Source of the DNA: Victivallaceae bacterium
GTDB lineage: Bacteria; Verrucomicrobiota; Lentisphaeria; Victivallales; Victivallaceae
Reading direction: 5' to 3'
DNA length: 64,000 bases
Assembly: GCA_028691615.1 (NCBI GenBank)
Contig: JAQUYX010000001.1
Location: forward strand, 491-64,490
Position numbers and translations under genes: made by a program. The notes beneath the pieces are model-generated. The model ran no database searches and was not told where the DNA came from. It was given only the letters and a program-made list of their open reading frames with translations. Below, piece after piece: positions 10,347 through 19,782 of the stretch. Each line of letters starts with the position of its first letter. Position 1 is the first letter of the stretch.

Positions 10347-12962
10347 TCAAATCACTTCCGGCTCGATCACTTCCGGCTCGACGACCGTGTCGAAGACCAG
10401 TTCCCCGTCCCGGAGCGAAACTTTGAGCATCGCGTGCGGCGGAATTTTTCCGCCGATGATCAGACGCGACACCGGAGTTTCCAGCAGCCGGATGACCGCC
10501 CGCTTGAGCGGACGCGCGCCAAACGCCGGATCGTAACCCTCGTCGGCGATGAACGACTTGGCCTCGTCGGTGATTTCGAATCCGATCTCCTGCGCCTTGA
10601 GCCGCGCGGCGAAACGTTTGAGCTGAATATCGACAATGGACTTGAGTTCCGCGGCAGTCAGACTGCGGAAAATCAGAATCTCGTCGATCCGGTTCAAAAA
10701 TTCCGGTTTGAAACTTCTGCGCAAATCCTCCATCAGCACGTCTTTGAGCTCGTCCGCCGCGCCTTTGTGCTCCAAAATCGTGCTGCTGCCCAGATTGCTG
10801 GTCATAATGATGATCGTATTCTTGAACGATACCGTGCGCCCCTGCGAATCGGTGATGCGCCCGTCCTCCAAAATCTGCAGCAGAATATTGAACACATCCG
10901 GGTGCGCCTTCTCAATTTCGTCAAACAGCACCACCGAATAGGGTTTGCGGCGCACCTGCTCGGTCAACTGTCCGCCTTCGTCATATCCGACATATCCGGG
11001 AGGCGCGCCGACCAGACGCGACACGCTGAATTTCTCCATGTATTCGGACATGTCGATGCGCACCATCGCGCGTTCGTCATCAAATAGCTCCTCGGCCAGC
11101 GCGCGCGCCAGTTCCGTCTTGCCCACGCCGGTAGGCCCGAGGAAGATGAACGAAGCGATCGGCCGGTTCGGGTCCTGCAGCCCGGCCCGGGCGCGGAGCA
11201 CCGCGTCCGAAACCGCGCGCACGGCCTCGTCCTGACCAACGACCCGTTCATGCAGACGGTCGTTGAGCGCCAGAAGTTTGGTTTTTTCGCTCTGCATAAG
11301 TTTGGAGACCGGAATATGCGTCCAGCGGCCGACGATCGAAGCGATGTCCTCCTCGTCGACCTCCTCCTTGAGCATCTTGTTTTCTCCGAGATCGCGTGCG
11401 GTTTTCTCCGCTGCGGCGATCTGCTGTTCCAAGCCGGGAATGATCCCGTGACGCAGCTCAGCGGCCTTTTCCAGATTGTAATCGCGTTCGGCCTTGTCCA
11501 GCTGGGTCTTGGCCAGATCCAGCGATTCGCGCAGCGTGCGGATCTTGCCGATGGCGGTCTTTTCGTTGTCCCAATGCGCCTTGAGGCCGCGCCCTTCCTC
11601 GCGCAGCTCGGCAACCTCTTTTTCCAACGCTTCAAGCCGTTTCTGCGACGCGGGGTCCTTCTCTTTCTTTAAGCCGGCAATTTCGATGTCCAGCTGCATA
11701 GTCCGGCGGTTGTTCTCGTCGATCTCCACCGGGCAGCTCTCGATTTCGGTGCGCAGCGTGGCGGCCGCCTCGTCCACCAGGTCGATGGCCTTGTCGGGCA
11801 GAAAACGGTCGGAAATGTATTTGTCGGAGAGCACCGCCGCGGCCACCAGCGCGCCGTCGCGGATCTTGATCCCGTGAAAAAGTTCAAAGCGTTCCTTGAG
11901 TCCGCGCAGAATGGAGATGGTGTCCTCCACCGAAGGCGGATTGACCAAGACCGACTGGAACCGCCGTTCCAGCGCGGCGTCCTTCTCGATGTACTTGCGG
12001 TATTCGTCCAGCGTGGTCGCGCCGATGCAGTGCAGTTCGCCGCGCGCCAGCATGGGTTTGAGCAGATTTCCTGCGTCCATGCTCCCTTCGCTTGCGCCCG
12101 CGCCGACGACCGTATGCAGTTCGTCGATGAAAAGAATGATGTTGCCTTCGGCCCGCGTCACCTCTTTGAGAACCGCCTTCAAACGCTCCTCAAATTCGCC
12201 GCGGTATTTGGCTCCGGCGATCAAAGCGCCCATGTCGAGGGCCACGAGTTTGCGGTTTTTGAGGCTTTCGGGGACGTCGCCGCGAACGATCCGGCGCGCG
12301 AGTCCCTCGACGATGGCGGTTTTTCCGACGCCGGGTTCGCCGATCAGCACGGGATTGTTTTTGGTACGGCGCGACAGAATCTGGATCACGCGGCGAATTT
12401 CATCCTCCCGCCCGATCACGGGGTCGATCTTGTCCTGCGAAGCGAGCAAAGTGAGGTCTTTGGAATATTTTTCCAGCGCCTCGAAGGTGCCTTCCGGGTC
12501 GGGGGTGGTCACGCGCTGACCGCCGCGGATGGAAGCAAGAGCAGTCATCACCTTGTCGAGCGTGACACCGGCGTCCTTGAGGATTCGCTGCGCGGGGGAT
12601 TCGACCTCGAGCAGCGCCAGAAAAAGGTGTTCGACGCTGACATAGTCATCCTTCATTTCGTTGGCTTTGCCGACGGCGGTGTTGAGCATGCGGCTGAATT
12701 CTCCGGCCTGATAAAGCTCTCCGGAGGCGTTGCCGCTGACCTTGGGAAGCCGGTCGAGTTCGGCGGTGACGTCGGTCAGGATCAACTGTTTATTGATATT
12801 GATCTTCTCGAGAATGCTTGAGGCGATGCCCTGATTTTGCGTCAACAGCGCATAGAGCAGGTGAACACAGCAGAGCTGCTGATTGCCGCGCGATTGGGCA
12901 TCCTCCTGCGCGGTGATGAGAGCGGCTTTACTTTGATTGGTGAATTTTTCAAGATTTGCCAT
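10347..12962 (-). CDS. clpB: ATP-dependent chaperone/disaggregase ClpB
   Basis: 871 aa; two AAA+ modules ([16 protein letters not shown]) separated by a long coiled-coil middle domain. Confidence 0.95.
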   Translation of the reverse strand: MANLEKFTNQSKAALITAQEDAQSRGNQQLCCVHLLYALLTQNQGIASSILEKININKQLILTDVTAELDRLPKVSGNASGELYQAGEFSRMLNTAVGKANEMKDDYVSVEHLFLALLEVESPAQRILKDAGVTLDKVMTALASIRGGQRVTTPDPEGTFEALEKYSKDLTLLASQDKIDPVIGREDEIRRVIQILSRRTKNNPVLIGEPGVGKTAIVEGLARRIVRGDVPESLKNRKLVALDMGALIAGAKYRGEFEERLKAVLKEVTRAEGNIILFIDELHTVVGAGASEGSMDAGNLLKPMLARGELHCIGATTLDEYRKYIEKDAALERRFQSVLVNPPSVEDTISILRGLKERFELFHGIKIRDGALVAAAVLSDKYISDRFLPDKAIDLVDEAAATLRTEIESCPVEIDENNRRTMQLDIEIAGLKKEKDPASQKRLEALEKEVAELREEGRGLKAHWDNEKTAIGKIRTLRESLDLAKTQLDKAERDYNLEKAAELRHGIIPGLEQQIAAAEKTARDLGENKMLKEEVDEEDIASIVGRWTHIPVSKLMQSEKTKLLALNDRLHERVVGQDEAVRAVSDAVLRARAGLQDPNRPIASFIFLGPTGVGKTELARALAEELFDDERAMVRIDMSEYMEKFSVSRLVGAPPGYVGYDEGGQLTEQVRRKPYSVVLFDEIEKAHPDVFNILLQILEDGRITDSQGRTVSFKNTIIIMTSNLGSSTILEHKGAADELKDVLMEDLRRSFKPEFLNRIDEILIFRSLTAAELKSIVDIQLKRFAARLKAQEIGFEITDEAKSFIADEGYDPAFGARPLKRAVIRLLETPVSRLIIGGKIPPHAMLKVSLRDGELVFDTVVEPEVIEPEVI

Positions 12963-12997
12963 AATAAGCTGTCCTTCTTTTAGAAGTTGATTTTTTT

Positions 12998-13048
12998 CAC
13001 GATTCGGGAGAGAAGAATAACAGAAATTCTCTTCTCTCCCGAGTCGTG
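12998..13048 (-). promoter_or_regulatory. 19-bp-stem inverted repeat in the hsp20-clpB intercistronic gap
   Basis: CACGAtTCGGGAGAGAAGA-N13-TCTTCTCTCCCGAgTCGTG (one mismatch), 36 nt upstream of the clpB ATG. Confidence 0.4.
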
Positions 13049-13054
13049 AAAATC

Positions 13055-13078
13055 TCCGGCCGCATGACAGCGGCCGGA
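13055..13078 (-). terminator. GC-rich hairpin downstream of hsp20 (possible partial or bidirectional terminator)
   Basis: TCCGGCCGC-atgaca-GCGGCCGGA. There is a T-run on the plus side and only a weak one on the minus side. Confidence 0.35.
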
Positions 13079-13095
13079 GGATTTTTTGCCTTGAT

Positions 13096-13497
13096 TCACT
13101 TGACTTCGACTTTGATCTTCCGGGGCTGCGTGGATTTCAACCTCGGGATCGAGAGTGTCAGCAAACCGTGGCGGCACGCGGCGCTGATGCGCTCGGTGTC
13201 AAAGACGTCGGAAAGCTGGAAACTTCTCTGATAGCGCACCTTGCGTCCGCCGCGCTCAAACGGGGAATCGGCGACGATCTTGAGAAGATTCTCTTCGACG
13301 TCGATCTTGATCTGTTCGGCGGCGACGCCGGGGACTTCCATGACCAGCTTGACCTGATCGGGCTGTTCAATAATGTCGGTGACAGGACTGGTAATCAGCA
13401 TATCCTCGACGGCGGATGCGGTTTGCGTTTCCGGTTCGGCCGGGAGCTTGGTGGGCTCGGCGGCGTTGTCTTTTTTCGTGTTTGTATTCTCCATCAT
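13096..13497 (-). CDS. Hsp20/alpha-crystallin small heat-shock protein
   Basis: 133 aa. Alpha-crystallin domain (DIIEQPDQVKLVMEVPGV..., GLLTLSIPR). Confidence 0.9.
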   Translation of the reverse strand: MMENTNTKKDNAAEPTKLPAEPETQTASAVEDMLITSPVTDIIEQPDQVKLVMEVPGVAAEQIKIDVEENLLKIVADSPFERGGRKVRYQRSFQLSDVFDTERISAACRHGLLTLSIPRLKSTQPRKIKVEVK

Positions 13498-13512
13498 GAT
13501 GAAAATCCTCCT

Positions 13513-13971
13513 CTATTTATCGATGGCATTGACTTTGACGGAGCGCTTCCGGGCTTCCGGCGAGCGCGGCACGGTGATTTCCAGCACGCCATTCTGGTAC
13601 GAGGCCACGGCCTTGTCGCCATCGACCTTGCCGGGCAGTTTAATCATCTCCTCGACCGATTCAAAGGAGCGTTCCCGGTGCAGATAGCGTTCGTTTTCGG
13701 CCAGCGGCCAATCGCGGCGGCCGGCGCGGATGGTCAGAATATCTCCGGCGATCTCGCTTTCGATTTCATCGTGTTGAAACCCGGGCAGCGCGACTTTAAT
13801 TTTGATCTCGTCGGCGTTCTGGGCAATGGACATATCGGCCCGACCGGTTTTGGACAGCGGGGAAAGCACCCCTTCGGCGATCGCATCGACCCAATTTGCC
13901 AGTTCGCTGGTGATGTCATTGACGCCCCACCAGGATTGTGCGGGAAGCCAACGGTTTTCAAACTTTCTCAT
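13513..13971 (-). CDS. Hsp20/alpha-crystallin small heat-shock protein
   Basis: Alpha-crystallin domain (ADEIKIKVALPGF..., NGVLEITVPR). Start moved to MRKFEN, which has RBS aaggagg. Confidence 0.85.
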   Translation of the reverse strand: MRKFENRWLPAQSWWGVNDITSELANWVDAIAEGVLSPLSKTGRADMSIAQNADEIKIKVALPGFQHDEIESEIAGDILTIRAGRRDWPLAENERYLHRERSFESVEEMIKLPGKVDGDKAVASYQNGVLEITVPRSPEARKRSVKVNAIDK

Positions 13972-14026
13972 ATTTGCCTCCTTTTGCCGGTTCATCCGGC
14001 CATTTTTGTGTGACACCTCATGGAAT

Positions 14027-14042
14027 AGCATAAGGCGTGCCA
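14027..14042 (-). promoter_or_regulatory. Candidate sigma-54 (-24/-12) promoter for the hsp20-hsp20-clpB-htpG block
   Basis: Minus strand reads TGGCACG-CCTT-ATGCT, against the consensus TGGCACG-N4-TTGCW. GG/GC spacing is exact. It lies ~57 nt upstream of the hsp20 ATG. Confidence 0.5.
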
Positions 14043-14201
14043 AAAATTTGACGGCGCTCCGCCCCGGAAAGGCCGCCCTCCACAACGACAACAATTTAAT
14101 GCAGAGTCGCCGCAGCGCAACCGTCGGAACCTCTCGGGGAAGGAAAATAAGAGTGATTCCTGTTTTGCGACAGAATGACGCAGCACCCCGGACACACCGC
14201 G

Positions 14202-15107
14202 TCAGATTGTCCCGTTCCGCGCGTGCCGGCAGTACCGGATGAACTCCTCGGCGAAGGCGAATTTCTCCTCTCCCGGCAGATAGAGAAACTCCAGTTTCCG
14301 CAGAATCCGCCCCTCGGTAAACCGCGCAGTCATCAATGTCCCGGCGGCCACCTCGTCCGCCACGGCCAAGGGAGAAATCACCGTCATTCCGTAGCCGCCG
14401 CGCACCAGAAGTTTCACGGCGTCGAAGTTGTTGACCTCGATGACCGCCTCCGCCGCCGGATCGGGAAGCTGGTTGCGCCGCAGGAAGAGGTCAAAATAAA
14501 ACCGGGTGCCGGAGCCCTTCTCCCGCAAGACAAATTTCCCTCCGCCCTTCAGATACTCCGCCAGCGAAATCGCGTCTCCGCCGTCCGGGAGAAATCCCGG
14601 CGTCCACGCCGGAATTAATTCATCTTCGCAAAGGGTTTCACAGCTGAACAATTCCCGGTCGAACGGTCCTTCGACCAGCGCCAAATCCAGCTGCCGTCGT
14701 TTCAAAAGCGCGACGATTTCATCGGTGTCGCCCACCTGAATGCAGAGCCGCTGGCGAGCGTGTTCACGCATGTACGCGGCAACGAACGACGGCAGAACAA
14801 ATCCGCCCGCGGTCATCGTCCCGCCGATCCAGTAGTGGCGAACCCCCTCGGCGGCATTGCGCACCATCCGTTTGAGATGGCGCTCCTCGTCGAAGAGCTT
14901 CTGACATTCGCAGAGCAGCGTCTCCCCGGCCGGGAGCAGCGTCACCCGGCGGCTGTCCCGCGCAAAAAGCTTCGTTCCCAATTCCTCCTCCAGCCGGGCG
15001 ATCTGGCTGGTCACATTGGGCTGGGTCATTCCGAGCGCGTCGGCGGCCTCCGAGAAATGGCACAGCGTGGCGGCCATCCGAAAAATTTCCAATTTGCGGT
15101 CGATCAT
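14202..15107 (-). CDS. LysR-family transcriptional regulator (YeiE-like)
   Basis: N-terminal wHTH (FRMAATLCHFSEAADALGMTQPNVTSQIARLEEELG) plus a LysR substrate-binding domain. Divergent from the yeiH-like gene. Confidence 0.85.
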   Translation of the reverse strand: MIDRKLEIFRMAATLCHFSEAADALGMTQPNVTSQIARLEEELGTKLFARDSRRVTLLPAGETLLCECQKLFDEERHLKRMVRNAAEGVRHYWIGGTMTAGGFVLPSFVAAYMREHARQRLCIQVGDTDEIVALLKRRQLDLALVEGPFDRELFSCETLCEDELIPAWTPGFLPDGGDAISLAEYLKGGGKFVLREKGSGTRFYFDLFLRRNQLPDPAAEAVIEVNNFDAVKLLVRGGYGMTVISPLAVADEVAAGTLMTARFTEGRILRKLEFLYLPGEEKFAFAEEFIRYCRHARNGTI

Positions 15108-15344
15108 ACAGAAATATCCTCCTTCCCCTGCGGCGACACAGGAACAAGTTCGATCGTTGGTCAAAGGGCGCAATCATACCTTACATCAATAATATTTAAT
15201 TATCAAATGATAGTTATTAATAATTTTTATTTAAAAAAATCGGCAATATATTAATCAAATGCAAAACACAAGACGGCAATTCCGTCATCTGAAACGGGAC
15301 TGCCATGTACACAAAAAATATTCAGGAAAGGCGTAGCTGTTTTC
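15108..15344. promoter_or_regulatory. AT-rich divergent promoter/operator region between the LysR gene and the yeiH-like gene
   Basis: 15180-15260 is almost pure A/T and contains short palindromes (ATCAaaTGAT, ATTAAT x2). This is the classic LysR divergent arrangement. Confidence 0.4.
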
Positions 15345-16322
15345 ATGAACAATCTGATTCGAAAAACAACGTTTCTATTGTTGGCCGCGGGATTTTTTCT
15401 GGTTCCGTGGATCGTCCCGGCGGCGCGCGACTGGGCGCCCGGCATTGCCGTGATCGCCGGAATCCTCTTTGCGGTGATCTGGGGCAACCCCTTCGCCGGA
15501 TTCACCTCCAAAATCACCTCGCCGCTGCTGGGCGCGACGATTGTCGGCATGGGCGCGGGAATGAATCTCATCAAGGTGTTGCGCGCCGGCGCGGACGGAA
15601 TGGTCTATACCGTAATCGGAATTGCCGCGGGAATCGGGCTGGGGCTTTTTCTCGGGAAGAAGCTCAAACTTGCACGCGATACGATGTATCTAATCAGCAT
15701 CGGCACTTCGATCTGCGGCGGCAGCGCCATTGCGGCGGCAGCGCCGGTGCTCCGGGCGAAAGCGCATGATGTGGCAATCGCGTCGGCGACAGTTTTTGCC
15801 CTCAACGCGGTGGCGCTGCTGCTCTTTCCGGCCATCGGACACGCGCTGAATTTTTCGGAAACGCAGTTTGGTTATTGGGCAGCGCTGGCGATTCACGACA
15901 CCAGTTCGGTGGTCGGGGCCAGTTTTCAGTATGGGCCGACCGCGCTGGAAGTGGGCACGACCGTCAAATTGGCGCGTGCGCTCTGGATTGTGCCGGTAAC
16001 GTTGTGGCTGTCCTGGTTTGTCGCGCCGGTGCCGGAGGGGGAGAAGCGCAAGATCCGTCTGAAGATTCCGTGGTTCATTCCGGGGTTTCTGGCGGCGGCG
16101 GCGCTGGTGACCTTTCTGCCGGTCACGGCACCGGCGGGCGGCTTTGTCAAAGAACTGTCGAAATATCTGATGATCGCCACGCTCTTTCTGATTGGTTCGA
16201 ATCTCAGTCGGGAGAAGCTTATGGAACTGGGATTGAAACCGGTTCTGCACGGGATTCTGCTTTGGATCGTGCTGGCCAGTGCCTGGTGTCTGGCCATTTC
16301 TTTTGGAATTGTCAATGTTTGA
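15345..16322 (+). CDS. yeiH: YeiH/UPF0324 family putative sulfate exporter-type membrane protein
   Basis: 325 aa polytopic protein. Synteny with a divergent LysR (yeiE-yeiH type pair). Confidence 0.75.
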   Translation: MNNLIRKTTFLLLAAGFFLVPWIVPAARDWAPGIAVIAGILFAVIWGNPFAGFTSKITSPLLGATIVGMGAGMNLIKVLRAGADGMVYTVIGIAAGIGLGLFLGKKLKLARDTMYLISIGTSICGGSAIAAAAPVLRAKAHDVAIASATVFALNAVALLLFPAIGHALNFSETQFGYWAALAIHDTSSVVGASFQYGPTALEVGTTVKLARALWIVPVTLWLSWFVAPVPEGEKRKIRLKIPWFIPGFLAAAALVTFLPVTAPAGGFVKELSKYLMIATLFLIGSNLSREKLMELGLKPVLHGILLWIVLASAWCLAISFGIVNV

Positions 16323-16375
16323 AAAAGGTCTGGCGTGAAGATGTCCGACGGATTGCGAAACCCCGGAAAACACGG

Positions 16376-16406
16376 CGGGAGCAATCGCTGAATTTCCCGT
16401 TTTTTT
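16376..16406 (+). terminator. Weak hairpin plus T7 downstream of yeiH
   Basis: CGGGA-N14-TCCCG followed by TTTTTTT. Confidence 0.4.
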
Positions 16407-16475
16407 GCACCAAAAAATTATGGATGCGATGACGCTGCAAATTAAGAGATCTCTTCACAAATCCCAATTAAAATG

Positions 16476-16505
16476 CCTTCTTTCCTGCGAAAGAAGGTTT
16501 TTTTT
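16476..16505 (+). terminator. Rho-independent terminator
   Basis: CCTTCTTTC-ctgc-GAAAGAAGG followed by T8. Confidence 0.65.
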
Positions 16506-16814
16506 GTAAAAAATGTTCTTTTTTTAGTTCAAATGATTTGTTTTTTTAAAAATATCGATTATCATACCACCAGACAAAAAAATAAACTAAAAAAAACAAT
16601 ATTAAAACAAAACTGTTACTTTGTATCCATTTTAGCGATATTTTTCTCGGAGAATCACGCCTGACAGAAGAGAAAGGTTAAATAGCCTCATGCAGCAGCG
16701 AACATAAGAGAATGCGGGGAGGCATTTTGCAGGAGGAGGGATTTTCATGGTCCCAAAATGGATCCAGACGGTCAGAGAAAAAAAGAACGGTGGCCTTTTC
16801 ATAAGGAGCAAAGC

Positions 16815-17273
16815 ATGAATAAAACAGCACAACGGGAGGCAATCATTCAGGAGTTGCGCAAGATGCGCAATCATCCGACCGCAGATGAGCTCTATGATGT
16901 GCTGCGAACCAAGCTTCCACAGATCAGTCTCGGCACAATCTATCGCAATCTGGAACAGATGGTTCAGATGGGCATGATCCGCAAGCTGGAACTGACCGGA
17001 CGCCAAAAGCGGTTCGACGGCGACCTGAGCGAACACTATCACATGCGCTGCCGGTATTGCGACCGGATTTTGAACATCCCCCAGGAGGAGTTGTCCGGTT
17101 TGGACAAAGAGCTGGTGCTGCTGCGGAACCGGTTGCAGCTGGAAGGATTCATTCTGGAACTGGTCGGACGCTGTCCTTATTGCGCAGAAGCGATGTCCAA
17201 GATGCAGGAAGAGTCCGTGCCGGACGAAGAGCAGGAGGAATGCACCGCCGGAACAACGGCGCAAGCCCTCTGA
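16815..17273 (+). CDS. Fur-family transcriptional regulator (PerR-like by context)
   Basis: Fur-type wHTH (HPTADELYDVLRTKLPQISLGTIYRNL) and CxxC pairs (CRYC, CPYC). RBS aaggag. Immediately upstream of desulfoferrodoxin. Confidence 0.8.
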   Translation: MNKTAQREAIIQELRKMRNHPTADELYDVLRTKLPQISLGTIYRNLEQMVQMGMIRKLELTGRQKRFDGDLSEHYHMRCRYCDRILNIPQEELSGLDKELVLLRNRLQLEGFILELVGRCPYCAEAMSKMQEESVPDEEQEECTAGTTAQAL

Positions 17274-17334
17274 TCGTACGGCCGGAAACGGTATAATGCA
17301 ATCCCAAAAAGAAAAACACAGGGGAGGTGTCGTC

Positions 17335-17721
17335 ATGGAAGAGAACCGCAGGAAAGAGATTTTTCGTTGCAGCCATTGCGGACTGGTCGTGGAAATCATG
17401 CACCCGGGCGCACATCCGGTTTGCTGCGGCGAACCGATGACGCCGATGAAGGAAAATACCGTCGACGCCGCCAAGGAGAAACACGTTCCCGTCGGAGAAC
17501 TTTACGAAGGCAAGACGACCCTGGTCAAAGTCGGCGCCGTGCCGCACCCCATGACCGGGGAGCACTTCATCGAATGGATCGAAGTGAACAACGGCGATTA
17601 CGTCAACCGCAAGTATCTCAAGCCCGGCGACAAGCCGGAGGCTCATTTCTATGTGCCTTACTCCGAGAAGCTGGAGATCCGCGCTTACTGCAATCTCCAC
17701 GGACTCTGGAAGAAGAACTGA
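17335..17721 (+). CDS. dfx: Desulfoferrodoxin (2Fe superoxide reductase)
   Basis: N-terminal desulforedoxin-like CxxC...CC (CSHCG...VCCG). C-terminal SOR centre residues (EKHVPV, HPM..EH, CNLHGLW). Confidence 0.85.
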   Translation: MEENRRKEIFRCSHCGLVVEIMHPGAHPVCCGEPMTPMKENTVDAAKEKHVPVGELYEGKTTLVKVGAVPHPMTGEHFIEWIEVNNGDYVNRKYLKPGDKPEAHFYVPYSEKLEIRAYCNLHGLWKKN

Positions 17722-17737
17722 TTCCTCTTTCTCCGGC

Positions 17738-19636
17738 TTATTTCGTGTGCCGGAGCCGGACGACCAGTTCGCCGGGAATCGCATTGCCGTCGGAAAGCGT
17801 CCGGCGGTAATCCCGACGCGCGTCACTGACCCAATGGAATTTGCCCTGATCGGAAATGACAGGGATCTCAAGGAGCTCACCATCCCGAAGAACAATCGGC
17901 ATGGTGAGTTTTTTCATTCCCGGAGAGTCAAACGTCTGCGTCAGAAGTTTCCCGTTGAAGAGCAGCGACAATGTGCCGGGAGTTTCCGCATAGATGGTCA
18001 GCTCCGCCGTCGCGGTATGCTTTTGGGGGGCGACCGGCACGAAACGTTTGACCGCTTTCCGGCACTCCTTCATCGGCGTCAGGCGCCAGTCGCCGAAGGA
18101 GAGCGGGCCGTGGTCAAGCTGGACGACGTCCCCGTTGTACAAATCGTAAATGATTCCGCGGGGACGCACAAACCTCATCAGAAAGCGTTCGCACTGCTCC
18201 CGGTAGAGGTCGTTGGCGGAGAAGGTCACAAACGCCCCCGCCGCCAGCGCAGGAAGCGCCGCCAGCACAATCCGCCGCCGCGCGCGTTCGCGCAGCATCC
18301 GCCAGACCCAGTCGCAATAAAGTCCCGCGAACACTGCCACCGCAGGCAGCAGCGGCGCCCGGAACCGCCCGAGAATGTAAAAGACCGCCGTCGCCATCCA
18401 GTAGGTCAGCGCCGTATGATAGAGCATGCCCAGCGCAAAACTGTGACGGCGGTACATCGCCGCGACGAAGGCGAGCATCCCGGCCAATCCGAGCATCAGG
18501 ATCGTTCCCGACCGGCCGATCCGGGTCGACCGGATGACAAGGGACTGTTCACCTTCGCCATACAAAGAGATGTTGTTGGGAATCTCTCCGCACTCCCAGA
18601 ACAGCAGCGCCTTGCGGAACATCAACTCAATCACGGCCGCCGGTTCCTTTTGGAACCATGAAAAGAGCAACTCCAGGGAACTATGTCCCTGTTTCACCCG
18701 GGTCATGAAATCGGCGTAGCTCTCGGGATATTCCATCGGCCCCGCCGGCAATCCGTAGTCGCGGCCTCCGGGCGGCGCCTCGGGGGTATTGCCCAGCGCA
18801 AGCACTGCGGCGCCGGCGGTGCTCGGCCCGGAAAGCTTGCCTTCGACGCGCGTGTTATGGACAACGAAGGGCAACTGCACCAGAAGCATCAGCGCGACCG
18901 CCGTGGCGGGCACATAAAGGAAGGCATATTTCTTGCGGTTGCGATCGAGTGCATAACACCCGAACGCGGCAAGGAAGAGAAAGCCCGGCACCAGAAGCCA
19001 AATGTTTCCGCGCGTCAAAATTCCGATTCCCATCATTGCCCCGAAGAGCGGCGGCCAGAAATAATTTCTTCGCCGGAGCAGCATCAGCGACGCATAAACC
19101 AGAAATGTGAGATTCCATCCCTGAAGCGTATCAATCTCCCGGAACGGAGTCGCCAGAATCAGCGCCGACGAAATTGCGGTAATTCCCGCGCCGATCAGTC
19201 CGGCCCTGCGACTTCGCAGCATCGCGCCGATCAATCCAACCAGCCAGATGGTGGCGCCGCCTGCGAGGATCTGCAAAAATATCACGCCCCACGCGCCTTT
19301 GCCGAAGATCAGAGCCGCCGCGGGCAAAAAGACCGCATAGTAGAACGGCTGATAGTAAAACGGACCGGAAAAGGTTCCGGCAAGGATCTCCTCGGCCAAT
19401 GCTCCGTAAGTACATAAATCGGTGGAGACCGGCGGCGACATCACGCTGTTGCGACCGTGGTTCCATGCCGCCAGTTCGATGCCGCAGCCGAGGCGCAAGC
19501 CCATGCCGATCAGCACGATTGCGGCAAGAATCAGCAGGAATTTTCGATTCTTCGATAAATTTTTCCGGGAATGTTGCCGCATAAAGAAAGAAAGCTCCCT
19601 TTGCTGATTTTTTACTGCGTTTTTTTGTTTTGTCAT
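17738..19636 (-). CDS. GT-C-fold membrane glycosyltransferase-like protein (PMT_2/ArnT-like) with a soluble C-terminal domain
   Basis: 632 aa; ~11 predicted TM segments and a YYQPFYY loop. Shares an E(I/L)PNN motif with the 46531..48201 paralog. Family assignment is by architecture only. Confidence 0.6.
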   Translation of the reverse strand: MTKQKNAVKNQQRELSFFMRQHSRKNLSKNRKFLLILAAIVLIGMGLRLGCGIELAAWNHGRNSVMSPPVSTDLCTYGALAEEILAGTFSGPFYYQPFYYAVFLPAAALIFGKGAWGVIFLQILAGGATIWLVGLIGAMLRSRRAGLIGAGITAISSALILATPFREIDTLQGWNLTFLVYASLMLLRRRNYFWPPLFGAMMGIGILTRGNIWLLVPGFLFLAAFGCYALDRNRKKYAFLYVPATAVALMLLVQLPFVVHNTRVEGKLSGPSTAGAAVLALGNTPEAPPGGRDYGLPAGPMEYPESYADFMTRVKQGHSSLELLFSWFQKEPAAVIELMFRKALLFWECGEIPNNISLYGEGEQSLVIRSTRIGRSGTILMLGLAGMLAFVAAMYRRHSFALGMLYHTALTYWMATAVFYILGRFRAPLLPAVAVFAGLYCDWVWRMLRERARRRIVLAALPALAAGAFVTFSANDLYREQCERFLMRFVRPRGIIYDLYNGDVVQLDHGPLSFGDWRLTPMKECRKAVKRFVPVAPQKHTATAELTIYAETPGTLSLLFNGKLLTQTFDSPGMKKLTMPIVLRDGELLEIPVISDQGKFHWVSDARRDYRRTLSDGNAIPGELVVRLRHTK

Positions 19637-19640
19637 AAGC

Positions 19641-19677
19641 GCCGGAAGACTCGACGCGAATTATGTCCAGTGCCGTC
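19641..19677 (+). repeat. 3'-terminal fragment (G) of the 165-nt repeat family
   Basis: GCCGGAAGACtCGACGCGAatTaTGtCcAGTGCCGTC matches the last ~37 nt of copy A (24938-24974). Confidence 0.6.
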
Positions 19678-19742
19678 TAACAATAGCACCGATATTTTTG
19701 TTTTTCAAGAAAGACGCTTCGATTTTCATGTGCCGGAAGGAC

Positions 19743-19771
19743 TTGAAAAATATCGTTTGACAATGTATAAT
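19743..19771 (+). promoter_or_regulatory. Sigma-70-type promoter TTGAAA-N17-TATAAT
   Basis: Near-consensus hexamers with 17-nt spacing. The -10 ends 11 nt before the ATG at 19783 and no SD is present, so the transcript would be (near-)leaderless. Confidence 0.5.
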
Positions 19772-19782
19772 ATACCTCTATT

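Noticed and set aside
16473-16664. 63-aa ORF inside the AT-rich island
   Set aside because: Its composition (K/F/N/I-rich) just mirrors the A/T tracts. It overlaps the terminator hairpin and has no RBS.
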